From: Candidatus Velthaea sp.
Lineage (GTDB): Bacteria > Vulcanimicrobiota > Vulcanimicrobiia > Vulcanimicrobiales > Vulcanimicrobiaceae
Length of the DNA stretch: 64,000 nucleotides
Reading direction: 5' to 3'
Assembly: GCA_965214935.1 (NCBI GenBank)
Contig: CBDCCS010000022.1
Location: 576,001 to 640,000 of the forward strand
Shown one piece after another: positions 9,867 through 19,803 of this stretch; within the stretch, counting starts at the first letter, position 1; each line of letters begins with the position of its first letter. The notes below the pieces were generated by a model that did no database searches, was not told the DNA's origin, and was given only the letters and a program-made list of their open reading frames with translations. Made by a program: the position numbers and the translations under genes.

Positions 9867-10089
9867 CGCTATCGACGAACGTCGATACGCTCAGCGGCGC
9901 ACGCAACCGTACAGCCTTGCTACGCAAACCGATCCCCCAATCCATTCAGAGCACGTCCCGTTAAGGTATGGGTGCGCCTTTGATAGCGTATCGATTCGTC
10001 GCTACATTCACCGCCACAGACCAAGCAGCGCTTTGGCCGTGGTCACGGGTTTGCTCGTTAATGCTTCAACCTCGTGCAGAAGGGCCGCT

Positions 10090-10569
10090 ATGCGAATTGT
10101 AAACGAACGTGATATCGTCGAACAGCGCTACGTGTCGCCCGCCGGACGTTTTCGCAGTGGCTATAAAGAGATATCGGTGGCTCTCGGGCGCGATCCCGAC
10201 TCGACTGATGCCAATACGCGTCATCCTTTCGACGTTGAAATAGAGCGCATCCCCGCCGGTACGTCTCCGTGTCCGTACCACTCGCACAGCGCGCAGTGGG
10301 AATTCTACACCGTCATTGCCGGACACGGGCAATTGCGACATGCCGACGGTGTCGCGGCGATCGGGCCGGGCGACGCGTTTCTATGTAAACCCGGTGAGCC
10401 GCATCAACTTTCTGCCGATGGCGACTGCGAACTTGTCGTGATGATCGTCGCCGACAATCCGATCGGCGAGTCGGTTCATTATCCCGATAGCGGAAAGTGG
10501 CTGGTGCGCTCGCCCGAACGGCGTATCATGCGCTCCGCGGCGCTCGACTACTACGACGGCGAAGAGTAG
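10090..10569 (+). CDS. Cupin domain protein
   Basis: PYHSHSAQWEFY and GEPHQL cupin metal motifs; YPDSGK; C-terminal LDYYDGEE. Confidence 0.85.
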   Translation: MRIVNERDIVEQRYVSPAGRFRSGYKEISVALGRDPDSTDANTRHPFDVEIERIPAGTSPCPYHSHSAQWEFYTVIAGHGQLRHADGVAAIGPGDAFLCKPGEPHQLSADGDCELVVMIVADNPIGESVHYPDSGKWLVRSPERRIMRSAALDYYDGEE

Positions 10570-10616
10570 CGTTGCTTGGCGCATGTCGCCGCGCGCGCGG
10601 CGCGGCTGCGTTGCGG

Positions 10617-10955
10617 TTACGCTTGCGCGGCGAGTTGTAACAAAAAGCTCGTCGTGAAAGACAAACGATCGACAACTTTCGACGAATATTCCGCGTTTCG
10701 ACCCAACGCGTCGACGGCCGCGTAATGGAAGCCGACCGGCTCCGCATGTTCGGGTAGGCTGTGAATGACCAACGCTCGTTCAAGATCGATCAGCCAATTC
10801 CGGGATGCCAAGCCTTGCATCGAGTTTGACGCGAGCGTCATCCTTGCGTCGCGTCGATGAAGACACTTCTATGACGATCTACCGCCCGGATGCGTTTCCG
10901 TATAGCGGATTTAATCGTCGAAATCGAGGCGAACTGGCTCCGCGGCGACGCTCAT
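10617..10955 (-). pseudogene. Degraded Uma2 (DUF820)-family endonuclease
   Basis: MSVAAEPVRLDFDD*IRYTETHPGGR with in-frame TAA at 10913-10911; frame change to IVIEVSSSTRRKDDARVKLDARLGIPE; further frame change to WLIDLERALVIHSLP. The middle of the domain is missing. TATAAT lies 6 nt before the ATG. Confidence 0.72.
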
Positions 10956-10993
10956 CGATGCATTATACCGGCAGTCGGCAGATGCATGCGCAC

Positions 10994-13900
10994 TCAGGCG
11001 ATTTCAAGCAGCAGGTCGGCGGCCGCAACGCGCGCACCGACGCGCGTCAAGACCCCGCTCACGGTACCGTCGAGCGGTGCGGCGACGACCGTTTGCATTT
11101 TCATCGCCTCGATCGTCAGCACCGGGTCGCCCTTGTGAATCGCCAGTCCTTCGGACACGTGCAGCTTCACGATCTGCCCCGGCATCGGCGCACCGATTTG
11201 ATGCGGGTTACCCGCTTCGGCTTTACGAACCGCAACGGCGGCGCCCGCGAGCCGGTTGTCGGCGACGATGACGTTACGCGCTTGACCGTTCAACTCGAAG
11301 TAGACGACCCGATTCCCGCTTGCATCGGGTTCGCCAAGTGCGGCGAAGCGCACGAAAAGCACTTTGCCTCGTTCGAGTTCGATCTCGAACTCGCGCATAA
11401 CGTCCATGCCGTAAAAGAAAACCGGCGTCGATAGCACGTCCACATCGCCATAGAGCTGTTGCTTACGCGCGAACTCGATAAAAACGCTCGGGTACATCAG
11501 ATACGACGCGAACTCGTTGTCGCTGATTTTGCGCTCGACGGCGGCTTCGGCCTCGGCGCGGAGCGCCGTGAAGTCCGCCGGCGTGAGCGTCGCTCCGGGC
11601 CGCTCGCTCAACGGCGCTTTGCCGGCCAGGATCTTGGTTTGCAACGCGACCGGAAAACCGCCGGGCGGCTGACCGAGATACCCGGCGAACAATTCGATAA
11701 CCGACTGCGGAAAGTCGATCGCGACCGCCGGATCTTCAACGGCTGCGACCGTTATGTTCGCCGACACCATAAAGAGCGCCATGTCGCCGACGACTTTTGA
11801 TGTCGGCGTAACTTTGACGATATCGCCGAACATCGCGTTGACGGCAGCATACGTTTTGGTGACCTCGGGCCAGCGGTCGCCGACACCCATCGCTTGGGCT
11901 TGCTCGCGCAAATTCGTGTACTGGCCGCCGGGCATTTCATGCAAGTAGACGTCGGACGAACCGGCGCGCATTTCGCTCTCGAACGGCCGGTAAAAGCGCC
12001 GCACTTCTTCCCAATAGCGCGAAATCTCGTCGATCGCGGCAGCTCGGAGGCCCGTTTCGCGCGGTGTATTACGCAATGCGGCGGCGATCGTGCCGAGGTT
12101 CGGCTGTGACGTTAGACCGCTCATTGCATCGATCGCCGCATCGACGGCATCAACTCCGGCATCCACGGCAGCGAGCACGCTCGCGCCGCTATTGCCGCTC
12201 GTATCGTGCGTGTGGAAGTGGATCGGAATGCGGATCTCGGCTTTGAGTGCGCTAAATAAGCGGCGGGCGGCTTCGGGCTTGAGCAGCCCGGCCATGTCTT
12301 TGATGCCCAAGATGTGCGCGCCGGTCGCTTCAAGCTCTTTCGCCAGCGCGACATAATAGGCTAAATCGTATTTCGGACGCGCCGGATCGAGGATGTCGCC
12401 GGTGTAACAGATTGCCGCTTCGCACAGCTTGCCCGTTCCAATGACGGCGTCGATCGACACACGCATATTTTCGATCCAATTAAGCGAATCGAAGATACGG
12501 AAGATATCGATTCCGCCGCCGGCCGCGCGCTCGATGAAGTAGCGCACGACGTTATCGGGGTAACTCGTGTAACCGACCGCATTGGCGCCGCGCACGAGCA
12601 TTTGCAACATGACGTTCGGCACGGCCGTCCGTAATGCCGCAAGCCGCTTCCACGGATCTTCTTGTAGGAAGCGCATCGCGACGTCGAACGTTGCGCCGCC
12701 CCAACATTCGAGTGAGAACAACTCCGGCAACAAGCGCGCGTAGGCCGGCGCGATCCGCGTGATGTCGCGCGAACGCATGCGTGTGGCGAGTAGTGACTGA
12801 TGTGCGTCACGCATCGTCGTGTCGGTCACCAGCACGCGCTGCTGGTCGAGCATCCAGCGGGCAAAGTCGCGCGGCCCGAGTTGAAGGAGCAGGTCGCGCG
12901 TACCCGGGACGAGATCGTGCGTGCGAAGCTCGGGCAACGGCGGCTCCGTTCGCGCGATCGCGGGCGGACGGCCGCGAACTTCCGGACTGCCGTTGACGAT
13001 CGTTTCGCCGACAAAATTGAGGATGCGGGTTGCGCGATCGCGATGGCGCGGCTTATCGAGCAACGCGACGGACGTATCGAGAAAGCTGGTGGTAAACTCA
13101 CCGGCGATAAATTGCTTGTTCGAGAGTAACGCATCAAGGAACGCGACGTTCGTCGCGACGCCGCGCACGCGAAATTCACGCAGCGCACGCAACATCCGCG
13201 CTCGCGTCTCATCGAAGCCCGGCGCCCAGACGGTTACTTTTTCGAGCAGCGAATCGTAATACGGCGTGATGACCGCACCGGCATACGCCGCGCCGTCGAG
13301 CCGGACGCCGAACCCGCTCGCCGGGCGGTATGCCGAGATCTGCCCGTATGTCGGCGTGAAGTTGTTCTCGGCGTCTTCCGTGGTGATGCGGCACTGGATG
13401 GCGTGACCGCGCAATTCGATGCCCGGCTGCGCCGGAACACCGCTGTTTTCGGTACCGATCTCGGCGCCCGCCGCGATCCGGATCTGCGCCTTCACAAGAT
13501 CGATGCCGGTAACGAGTTCGGTAACGGTGTGCTCGACCTGAATGCGCGGGTTGACTTCGATGAAGAAGTATTCGTGCGCATCGAGATCGATCAAGAACTC
13601 GACGGTACCGGCGTTATCGTAGGCAACGGCTTTTGCGATTTTCTGAGCCGATTCGAGCATGCCCGAACGTAGCGCCGGAAGTAAACCGCGCGCCGGCGCT
13701 TCTTCGACGACTTTCTGATGCCGGCGCTGGACGGTGCAGTCACGGTCGCCGAGATTGACGACGTTGCCGAACGAGTCGCCTAAAATCTGGACTTCCACGT
13801 GCCGCGCCCGGCCGACGTAGCGCTCGCCGTAAACTTCATCGTTACCGAAGGTCGAGAGCGCTTCCTGACGTGCGCGCTCGAGCTGTTCGGGAAACTGCTC

Positions 13901-14431
13901 GGCGTTCTTGACGATGCGCATTCCGCGCCCGCCGCCGCCATAGCTTGCTTTGAGCATGAGCGGAAAACCGACGGCGTTTGCTTGCCGTTGCGCATCGGCG
14001 ATTTCGCGCGGGAGCGCATCGCTGGCCGGAATCACCGGCACGCCGGCAGCGGTCGCAAGTTCGCGAGCGGCGACTTTGTTGCCTAGGCGTCGCATCGCAT
14101 CAGACGTTGGTCCGACGAAGATGACGCCCGCCGCGCGAACGGCATCGGCAAACTCCGCATTCTCGGCCAGGAAGCCGTAACCGGGATGAATCGCATCGAC
14201 ACCGACTTCGCGTGCGATGCGAATGATGTCGTCGCTATCGAGATACGCTTGAACGGGACTCCGGCCGTCGCCGACCAGATAACTTTCGTCGGCTTTGAAA
14301 CGGTGCAATGCAACGCGATCTTCGTGCGAAAAGATAGCGACGGTTGCAATGCCGAGTTCGGTGGCGGCGCGCATCACCCGAATGGCAATCTCACCGCGAT
14401 TCGCAACCAGTAAGCGTTTAATTTCGTGCAT
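10994..14431 (-). CDS. pyc: Pyruvate carboxylase (single chain BC-CT-BCCP)
   Basis: LLVANRGEIA, HPGYGFLAEN, RDAHQSLLATR, WGGATFD, HFHTHD, VKVTPTSKVVGD, EAMKM biotin site. Start at ATG 14431 (MHEIKRLL), next to the SDR stop. Confidence 0.97.
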   Translation of the reverse strand: MHEIKRLLVANRGEIAIRVMRAATELGIATVAIFSHEDRVALHRFKADESYLVGDGRSPVQAYLDSDDIIRIAREVGVDAIHPGYGFLAENAEFADAVRAAGVIFVGPTSDAMRRLGNKVAARELATAAGVPVIPASDALPREIADAQRQANAVGFPLMLKASYGGGGRGMRIVKNAEQFPEQLERARQEALSTFGNDEVYGERYVGRARHVEVQILGDSFGNVVNLGDRDCTVQRRHQKVVEEAPARGLLPALRSGMLESAQKIAKAVAYDNAGTVEFLIDLDAHEYFFIEVNPRIQVEHTVTELVTGIDLVKAQIRIAAGAEIGTENSGVPAQPGIELRGHAIQCRITTEDAENNFTPTYGQISAYRPASGFGVRLDGAAYAGAVITPYYDSLLEKVTVWAPGFDETRARMLRALREFRVRGVATNVAFLDALLSNKQFIAGEFTTSFLDTSVALLDKPRHRDRATRILNFVGETIVNGSPEVRGRPPAIARTEPPLPELRTHDLVPGTRDLLLQLGPRDFARWMLDQQRVLVTDTTMRDAHQSLLATRMRSRDITRIAPAYARLLPELFSLECWGGATFDVAMRFLQEDPWKRLAALRTAVPNVMLQMLVRGANAVGYTSYPDNVVRYFIERAAGGGIDIFRIFDSLNWIENMRVSIDAVIGTGKLCEAAICYTGDILDPARPKYDLAYYVALAKELEATGAHILGIKDMAGLLKPEAARRLFSALKAEIRIPIHFHTHDTSGNSGASVLAAVDAGVDAVDAAIDAMSGLTSQPNLGTIAAALRNTPRETGLRAAAIDEISRYWEEVRRFYRPFESEMRAGSSDVYLHEMPGGQYTNLREQAQAMGVGDRWPEVTKTYAAVNAMFGDIVKVTPTSKVVGDMALFMVSANITVAAVEDPAVAIDFPQSVIELFAGYLGQPPGGFPVALQTKILAGKAPLSERPGATLTPADFTALRAEAEAAVERKISDNEFASYLMYPSVFIEFARKQQLYGDVDVLSTPVFFYGMDVMREFEIELERGKVLFVRFAALGEPDASGNRVVYFELNGQARNVIVADNRLAGAAVAVRKAEAGNPHQIGAPMPGQIVKLHVSEGLAIHKGDPVLTIEAMKMQTVVAAPLDGTVSGVLTRVGARVAAADLLLEIA

Positions 14432-14432
14432 T

Positions 14433-15212
14433 CTACAACGTTCCGGCGTACGCGCCGCCGTCGATGAGAACATTTTGTCCGGTAATGTAGCCGGCTTGAA
14501 CGCTGCACATAAACGCGCACAACGCGCCAAACTCTTGCGGTTCGCCGAGCCGGCGCGCCGGGATCTGCTGCGCACGCATCTGCATTTGCTCGTCGAGCGT
14601 GCGGCCTGCGCGCTCGGCATCCGCTGCAATCGTCGTCTTGAGCCGATCGGTGGCAAACGAGCCGGGCAGCAGATTGTTGATGGTCACACCGGTTGCGGCG
14701 ACTTCGCGCGCCAATCCGGCGATAAAACCGGTCAGACCGCTACGCGCGCCGTTCGATAAGCCGAGCACCGGAATCGGCGCCTTGACGGCACTCGAAGTAA
14801 TATTAATGATCCGGCCGAAGCCGCGCGCGATCATCGGGTCGATCGTCGCCTTGATCAAGTCGATCGGGGCGAGCATATTTGCTTCGATCGCGCGCAGCCA
14901 ATCGTCGCGCTGCCAATCGCGAAAATTCCCCGGCGGCGGTCCGCCGGAATTATTGACTAAGATATCGGGTTCCGGACAAGCGTGAAGCGCCGCCGCACGG
15001 CCGTCGGCGGTCGTCACATCGGCGACGGCGTAGGCAACCGGAACACCGGCCGCTGCTTGAATGTCATGCGCCGCCCGTTCGAGCGTGTCGCGCGATCGGG
15101 CCACGATCGTAACGAACGCCCCCGCTTCGGCCAGCGCCTCGGCACAGCCACGCCCGAGCCCTTTGCTCGCAGCGCACACGAGGGCGCGCTTAGCGGTGAT
15201 TCCGAAGTCCAT
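14433..15212 (-). CDS. Short-chain dehydrogenase/reductase (FabG-like)
   Basis: AASKGLG, LVNNSGGPPPG, SNGAR in place of YxxxK, ITGQNVLIDGG. Confidence 0.9.
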   Translation of the reverse strand: MDFGITAKRALVCAASKGLGRGCAEALAEAGAFVTIVARSRDTLERAAHDIQAAAGVPVAYAVADVTTADGRAAALHACPEPDILVNNSGGPPPGNFRDWQRDDWLRAIEANMLAPIDLIKATIDPMIARGFGRIINITSSAVKAPIPVLGLSNGARSGLTGFIAGLAREVAATGVTINNLLPGSFATDRLKTTIAADAERAGRTLDEQMQMRAQQIPARRLGEPQEFGALCAFMCSVQAGYITGQNVLIDGGAYAGTL

Positions 15213-15524
15213 GACCCACCTTCACAAGCGTGGCACGCAAGCGGTAACACCGCTTTGCACGATGCACGCGCGAGCCGTCAACTTCCTTCGGCGCTGCCGG
15301 AAGCCCGATGGCACGAGCCGGACTGCACGACGCGCACGGACGAACGGCGCTGTCGTACAGAGGCGCGCTCATCGGACCGAGGCCACGTTTCCATTTTACC
15401 GTCGTTCGACAGGGATGACGTCGTCCAAGCGTCGACTGCTGCGCTGCCGATGAGCTGCTTTTAGAGTTTACCGAGGTTCGACGTGGTTTCAAATACCGCA
15501 ACGAGAGCATCTGCGATCGTACAG

Positions 15525-15710
15525 ACAGCGTACTTTGATTTCGACTCGCAGTCGTTGCGAGCTTGTCGACACGAGTCTTACTCCACCGCTGTTCCGTTTG
15601 CGACTCTACATTCGTTGCGAGCTTTCCGACATACGAGTGTTACTGCACAGCGTACTTTGATTGCGACTCTCAGTCGTTAGCGAGCTTAGCGATAGATGAG
15701 TAATTACTGC
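15525..15710. repeat. Three imperfect tandem repeats of 60/62/64 bp, each a stem-loop
   Basis: Units start at 15525, 15585 and 15647; shared blocks CGACTC, TCGTT(A)GCGAGCTT and GAGT-N1-2-TTACT; ACTC...GAGT and TCG...CGA arms are self-complementary. Confidence 0.85.
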
Positions 15711-16283
15711 GCAGCTGTCTTGAACGGTGCGGGCCGGTGCCGAAAAACGGTTCGGCGGTAACAAAGGCTTGCGGCACGCAAGGTTCGTTCGGCTTCGCGA
15801 CGCCCATCGGTTTCGGCGCTTACCGATGCGCGGACCGTCAATGAATGGAGTCGGGCTGGATAGAAGTACGTAACGTTCAGCGTAGATCCGGCAGGCGGCA
15901 AAGAATACGTGCGGGTGCGCAATTCGACTGACGGCATTGACGTGGAGTGCACCACAGCCGCTGCCGCAGATGCCGAATAATCCGTTCACAATTTTCGGTC
16001 ACAACGTCGGCGTGAGCGCAGACGCATCGGAACGCCGGCGTCAGACCGAGTGCTCGTAACGTACATGGCGCCGTTTGAAGGTCGGCTCGCGACCGTCACC
16101 GGACGAGTGACCGGAAAGTAAACTCGGCCCCAATGGAATCTGTAGGCTTTGCACCCGGCCTATAGCGGATCGTACGAAAGTATAAGACTGACCGTACGGC
16201 GTTACGCACTGCGGCTCGCCGGGTAAGTTCGCGGCCAGCCGTTGGAGCGCAACCGGCCCGCTCGGCGCCGAGTCGTGCGGCGA

Positions 16284-17516
16284 GTGAAGAGTGGGCGGAT
16301 CGCACCACGAACCGGCGCGTTTGTCATCATGCTGGCGGCTTTAGGCGGACTGGCGCCGCTCGGCATCGACACCAGCTTGCCGGCGCTGCCGCTCATGGCC
16401 CGGGCGCTGCACACCAGCGACGGTCTGGTGCAAGCAACGCTCGGTTCGTTCATGCTGGCATTCGCTGCCGGACAGCTCGTCGTCGGTCCGCTCGCCGACC
16501 GTTACGGTCGCCGCCCGATCGCCATTGCCGGCATGGCGGTCTACACGCTGAGCGGGATCTTTTGCGCGCTCGCATTCGACGCGCGACTGCTCGTCGTCGC
16601 GCGTTTTTTTCAAGGTTTCGGTGCTTGTGCCGGAACGGTGATCGCGCGCGCCGTCATTCGCGATGTCTTCACGGAACGAACGGAATCAGCGCGGATGCAA
16701 GCGTACATCGGCGCGATTTCGGGGTTCATACCGATGCTTGCGCCTTTACTGGGTGCGGCGATCTTACCGCTCGGCTGGCGTGCCATCTATGTCACGCTCG
16801 TCATTGCAGGCGCGCTATTGCTGGCGGTGACAAGCTTACTGCTGCCCGAAACCTTGAAGTCACAAGAGCGAGCGGCCGGCAACGGCTTTCTTGGAATCGC
16901 ACGAAGCTCCGTGCGCTTTCTTGCGATGCCGCGTGCAGTGTCGTTGTGCGCACTTCTCGCCTGTTCGTTTGCCGGTTTGTTTGCCTTCATTAGCGCATCG
17001 CCGTTCGTGCTCGTCCGTGAACTTGGGCTGTCGAGTGCTGCGTTCGGCGTGGCGTTTGCCCTGAGCGCAGCGTCGATCTTCGGCGGAGCCTGGTTTGCCG
17101 GCGCGTTCGCCGACCGCTTTGGATCCGAACGGCTCTTACGGCTCGGATCGGGTGCAGCTGCGATCGCCGGCTGCGGTGCCTTTGCCTTCAACATTGCGTT
17201 GCCGCACGCGCCGCCCGCGCCGTTGTTCGTCGCCGTCATGGCACTTTATGCCGTGGCGTTCGGCGTACTCGTTCCCAACGCGTTCGCCGCGGGAATGGAA
17301 CACGCGGGCGCGATGGCCGGCGTTGCGGCCGGTGTCCTTGGGGCAGCGCAGATGCTCGGCGGTGCAATCGGCAGCACGATCAACGGCGCGCTACCGTTTG
17401 CCCCGCACGTCAACGTCGGGCTCAGTGTTGCGAGCGCGGGCGTTGCAACCGTGCTATGTTATGCGCTATCGACGCGTGCACGTTACGCGCCGCGGGCTAT
17501 CACACCGCCGGCTTGA
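16284..17516 (+). CDS. Bcr/CflA-family MFS efflux transporter
   Basis: PLGIDTSLPALP, GPLADRYGRRP, ARAVIRD, LPET; about 12 TM segments. Start uncertain (GTG 16284). Confidence 0.9.
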   Translation: MKSGRIAPRTGAFVIMLAALGGLAPLGIDTSLPALPLMARALHTSDGLVQATLGSFMLAFAAGQLVVGPLADRYGRRPIAIAGMAVYTLSGIFCALAFDARLLVVARFFQGFGACAGTVIARAVIRDVFTERTESARMQAYIGAISGFIPMLAPLLGAAILPLGWRAIYVTLVIAGALLLAVTSLLLPETLKSQERAAGNGFLGIARSSVRFLAMPRAVSLCALLACSFAGLFAFISASPFVLVRELGLSSAAFGVAFALSAASIFGGAWFAGAFADRFGSERLLRLGSGAAAIAGCGAFAFNIALPHAPPAPLFVAVMALYAVAFGVLVPNAFAAGMEHAGAMAGVAAGVLGAAQMLGGAIGSTINGALPFAPHVNVGLSVASAGVATVLCYALSTRARYAPRAITPPA

Positions 17517-18436
17517 AATGCGGTCCGCAAAGCATGCGCCATCACCTCGATCGCGTCGCTCGCGCGATCGAAGCCACCTAAGGTACAAAAGCCGTGCAGC
17601 ATCCCGGCATACACATGTAAGTCGACGGCGACACCGTCGGCTTGCAGACGCCGTGCATACGCTTCGCCCTCATCGCGCAACGGATCGTAGCCGGCGATAA
17701 TGACCACAGCCGGCGGCAGATCGCGTAAATGTGCGGCGCGTAACGGTGACGCGTACGAATTTGTCGCCTCATCCTCCGACACGTAGTGCTGCCAAAACCA
17801 CTGCATTGCACGTGTAGTAAGAAAATAACCGTCGCCGAACGCGGCGTACGACGGCTGCGAGAAGTCGCGATCGGTGACCGGATAGATGAGAACCTGTCCG
17901 ACGAGTCGCGGACCGCCGCGATCGCGTGCGGCAAGCGTCACCGCTGCGGCTAGATTGCCGCCGGCACTATCTCCGCCGACCGCAACTCGGGACGGGTCGG
18001 CGCCGATGTCGGCGGCATGCCCGGCAACCCACGCCGTCGCGGCATACGCATCGTCGAAGGGGACGGGAAAGCGATGTTCGGGCGCCAGACGATAATCGAC
18101 CGAGACCACGATACAGCCCGATCGATTTGCAAGCGTGCGCGCTAGAGCGTCGACGGCCTCGAGGTCGCCGACGACCCAGCCGCCGCCGTGAAAGTAAACC
18201 AGCACGCCGAGGTCGCCGGAGCCGGCGACCGGCACGTAGATACGCAGCGGAATGGGTCCATGCGGTCCGGCGATCGTCCGGTTCTCGATTCGTTCGACAT
18301 CCGGACCGCTAACCGGCTCGACGGCACCGGTGCGCTTATCCGACGCGCGCGCTTCCTGCGGCGTGAGCGTTTCGATCGGCGGCTCGCCGAGCGCGGCAAG
18401 TTCGTCAAGAAAGCGTTGAGCTTGTGGTTCAAGCAT
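17483..18436 (-). CDS. Alpha/beta hydrolase, HSL (family IV) esterase
   Basis: HGGGW, YRLAPEH, GDSAGG, DPLRD, HGF. Confidence 0.95.
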   Translation of the reverse strand: MLEPQAQRFLDELAALGEPPIETLTPQEARASDKRTGAVEPVSGPDVERIENRTIAGPHGPIPLRIYVPVAGSGDLGVLVYFHGGGWVVGDLEAVDALARTLANRSGCIVVSVDYRLAPEHRFPVPFDDAYAATAWVAGHAADIGADPSRVAVGGDSAGGNLAAAVTLAARDRGGPRLVGQVLIYPVTDRDFSQPSYAAFGDGYFLTTRAMQWFWQHYVSEDEATNSYASPLRAAHLRDLPPAVVIIAGYDPLRDEGEAYARRLQADGVAVDLHVYAGMLHGFCTLGGFDRASDAIEVMAHALRTAFQAGGVIARGA

Positions 18437-18709
18437 GGCAAAGTACCTCAGTTAAGCGCTATCCGGGGACGCGGTCCGGCCTGTCGAGGCTCCGGCGCCC
18501 GCCGGCGCTGTGCTTTGCGCTTAGCGAACGGGTAAGTCAAACGGCGCTTGCGCTTCCGAAACCGCTCTGCTATGAAGTAGGATATTGTTAGATTATTCTT
18601 TCATCTATCGAACTGTTTTGCGCGAATCGTGTAAAGCATTTCCTAGTTGAATTACTAAAGTTCGATTGCTTTTCACCTTTGCAAAGCATCGAACCAAGGA
18701 GGGCGCCGC

Positions 18710-19762
18710 ATGCGAGATTTATCAAACATCCTTCGCGATCTCAAGGCCGGACGTATCGACCGGACCGAATTCCTGCGGCTGACGGCTGCGCTCGGAACAG
18801 CCGCGGCTCTGCCTTTCGGCGTCGGCCGGCTGCCCGCCGCGGCCGCTAATGCCAACGAAACGCCGATGAAGATGGCCAAAAAGGGCAAATACCTCATCGG
18901 GTTCTCGCAGAGCGAACTCAATAACGCCTGGCGTTTCGCGGAACAAACCAGCATGGAGTCCGAGGCGAAAGCGCGCGGCGACAAATACGAACTTAAGTCG
19001 ACGAATGCCAATAGCGACACGAACAAGCAGGTTAGCGACGTTGCCGACCTCATCGCCGCGAAATGCGATCTCATCGTGATTACGCCGCGTGAAGTCGATC
19101 CGTTGCGTGCCGCCACCGACCGGGCAAAAGCTGCGGGCGTACCGGTCATTGAAATTGACCGCTCGAGTAAAGGCGATGCCGGTACCGATTTCATTACCGT
19201 CATTTCGTCCGACTTCATCGGCGAGGGCGAAAAAGTCGGTCATTGGATGGTCGCCAACACGAAGGGTCCGATCAATTACGTCGAGTTCCGCGGCTCGACC
19301 GGCGCTGCGCCCGCAATCGAGCGGCACACCGGCTTCCACAACATCGTCGACGGCGAAAAGCGCTTTGCGCTGCTCGATTCCCAGGACGGCGACTTCACGC
19401 TGGCCGGCGGCAAGAAGCTCATGACGAACTGGATCACGCGCTTCGGACCGAAGATCGACATGATCTTTGCACATAACGATGCGATGGCCGAGGGCGCATT
19501 TCAGGCGCTCAAGGAAGCCGGTTTTAGCAAGAAGCTGTTCGTCGGCTCGATCGACGGCGAGAAGAAAGCAATCGAACAAGTTGCCGCCGGCAACTTCTCG
19601 GTCTGCGTACAGTGCGACCCGCATTACGGCAAGCGCACCTTCGACACGATCGACGCGTACTTTGCAGGTCAAAAGATCGCGCCGAAGATTACGGTTGCCG
19701 ACAAGACGTTCACGGTCGCGAATGCCAAGGGCCTCGTCGACGAAGGTTTCGGCGACGCCTGA
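18710..19762 (+). CDS. Sugar ABC substrate-binding protein (YtfQ-like)
   Basis: IGFSQSE, NAWR, IDR, SDFIGEG, AHNDAMA, SIDG; strong AAGGAGG RBS. Confidence 0.9.
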   Translation: MRDLSNILRDLKAGRIDRTEFLRLTAALGTAAALPFGVGRLPAAAANANETPMKMAKKGKYLIGFSQSELNNAWRFAEQTSMESEAKARGDKYELKSTNANSDTNKQVSDVADLIAAKCDLIVITPREVDPLRAATDRAKAAGVPVIEIDRSSKGDAGTDFITVISSDFIGEGEKVGHWMVANTKGPINYVEFRGSTGAAPAIERHTGFHNIVDGEKRFALLDSQDGDFTLAGGKKLMTNWITRFGPKIDMIFAHNDAMAEGAFQALKEAGFSKKLFVGSIDGEKKAIEQVAAGNFSVCVQCDPHYGKRTFDTIDAYFAGQKIAPKITVADKTFTVANAKGLVDEGFGDA

Positions 19763-19803
19763 TCGGTTGCTGACCGGACACGGACAGTCCACGGAATAAC
19801 ACA

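Noticed and set aside
14432..14656. Extended pyc start at 14656
   Set aside because: Overlaps the SDR gene; the biotin carboxylase domain starts at MHEIKRLL (14431).
15525..15710. CRISPR array or coding repeat
   Set aside because: No unique spacers (linkers 1 and 3 nearly identical), degenerate repeats, no cas genes; unit lengths differ by 2 nt, breaking frame.
15810..15980. Read-through of an in-frame TAG (…EWSRAG*KYVTFSVD…) as recoding
   Set aside because: No start codon, recognisable family or pyl genes; at most a gene remnant.
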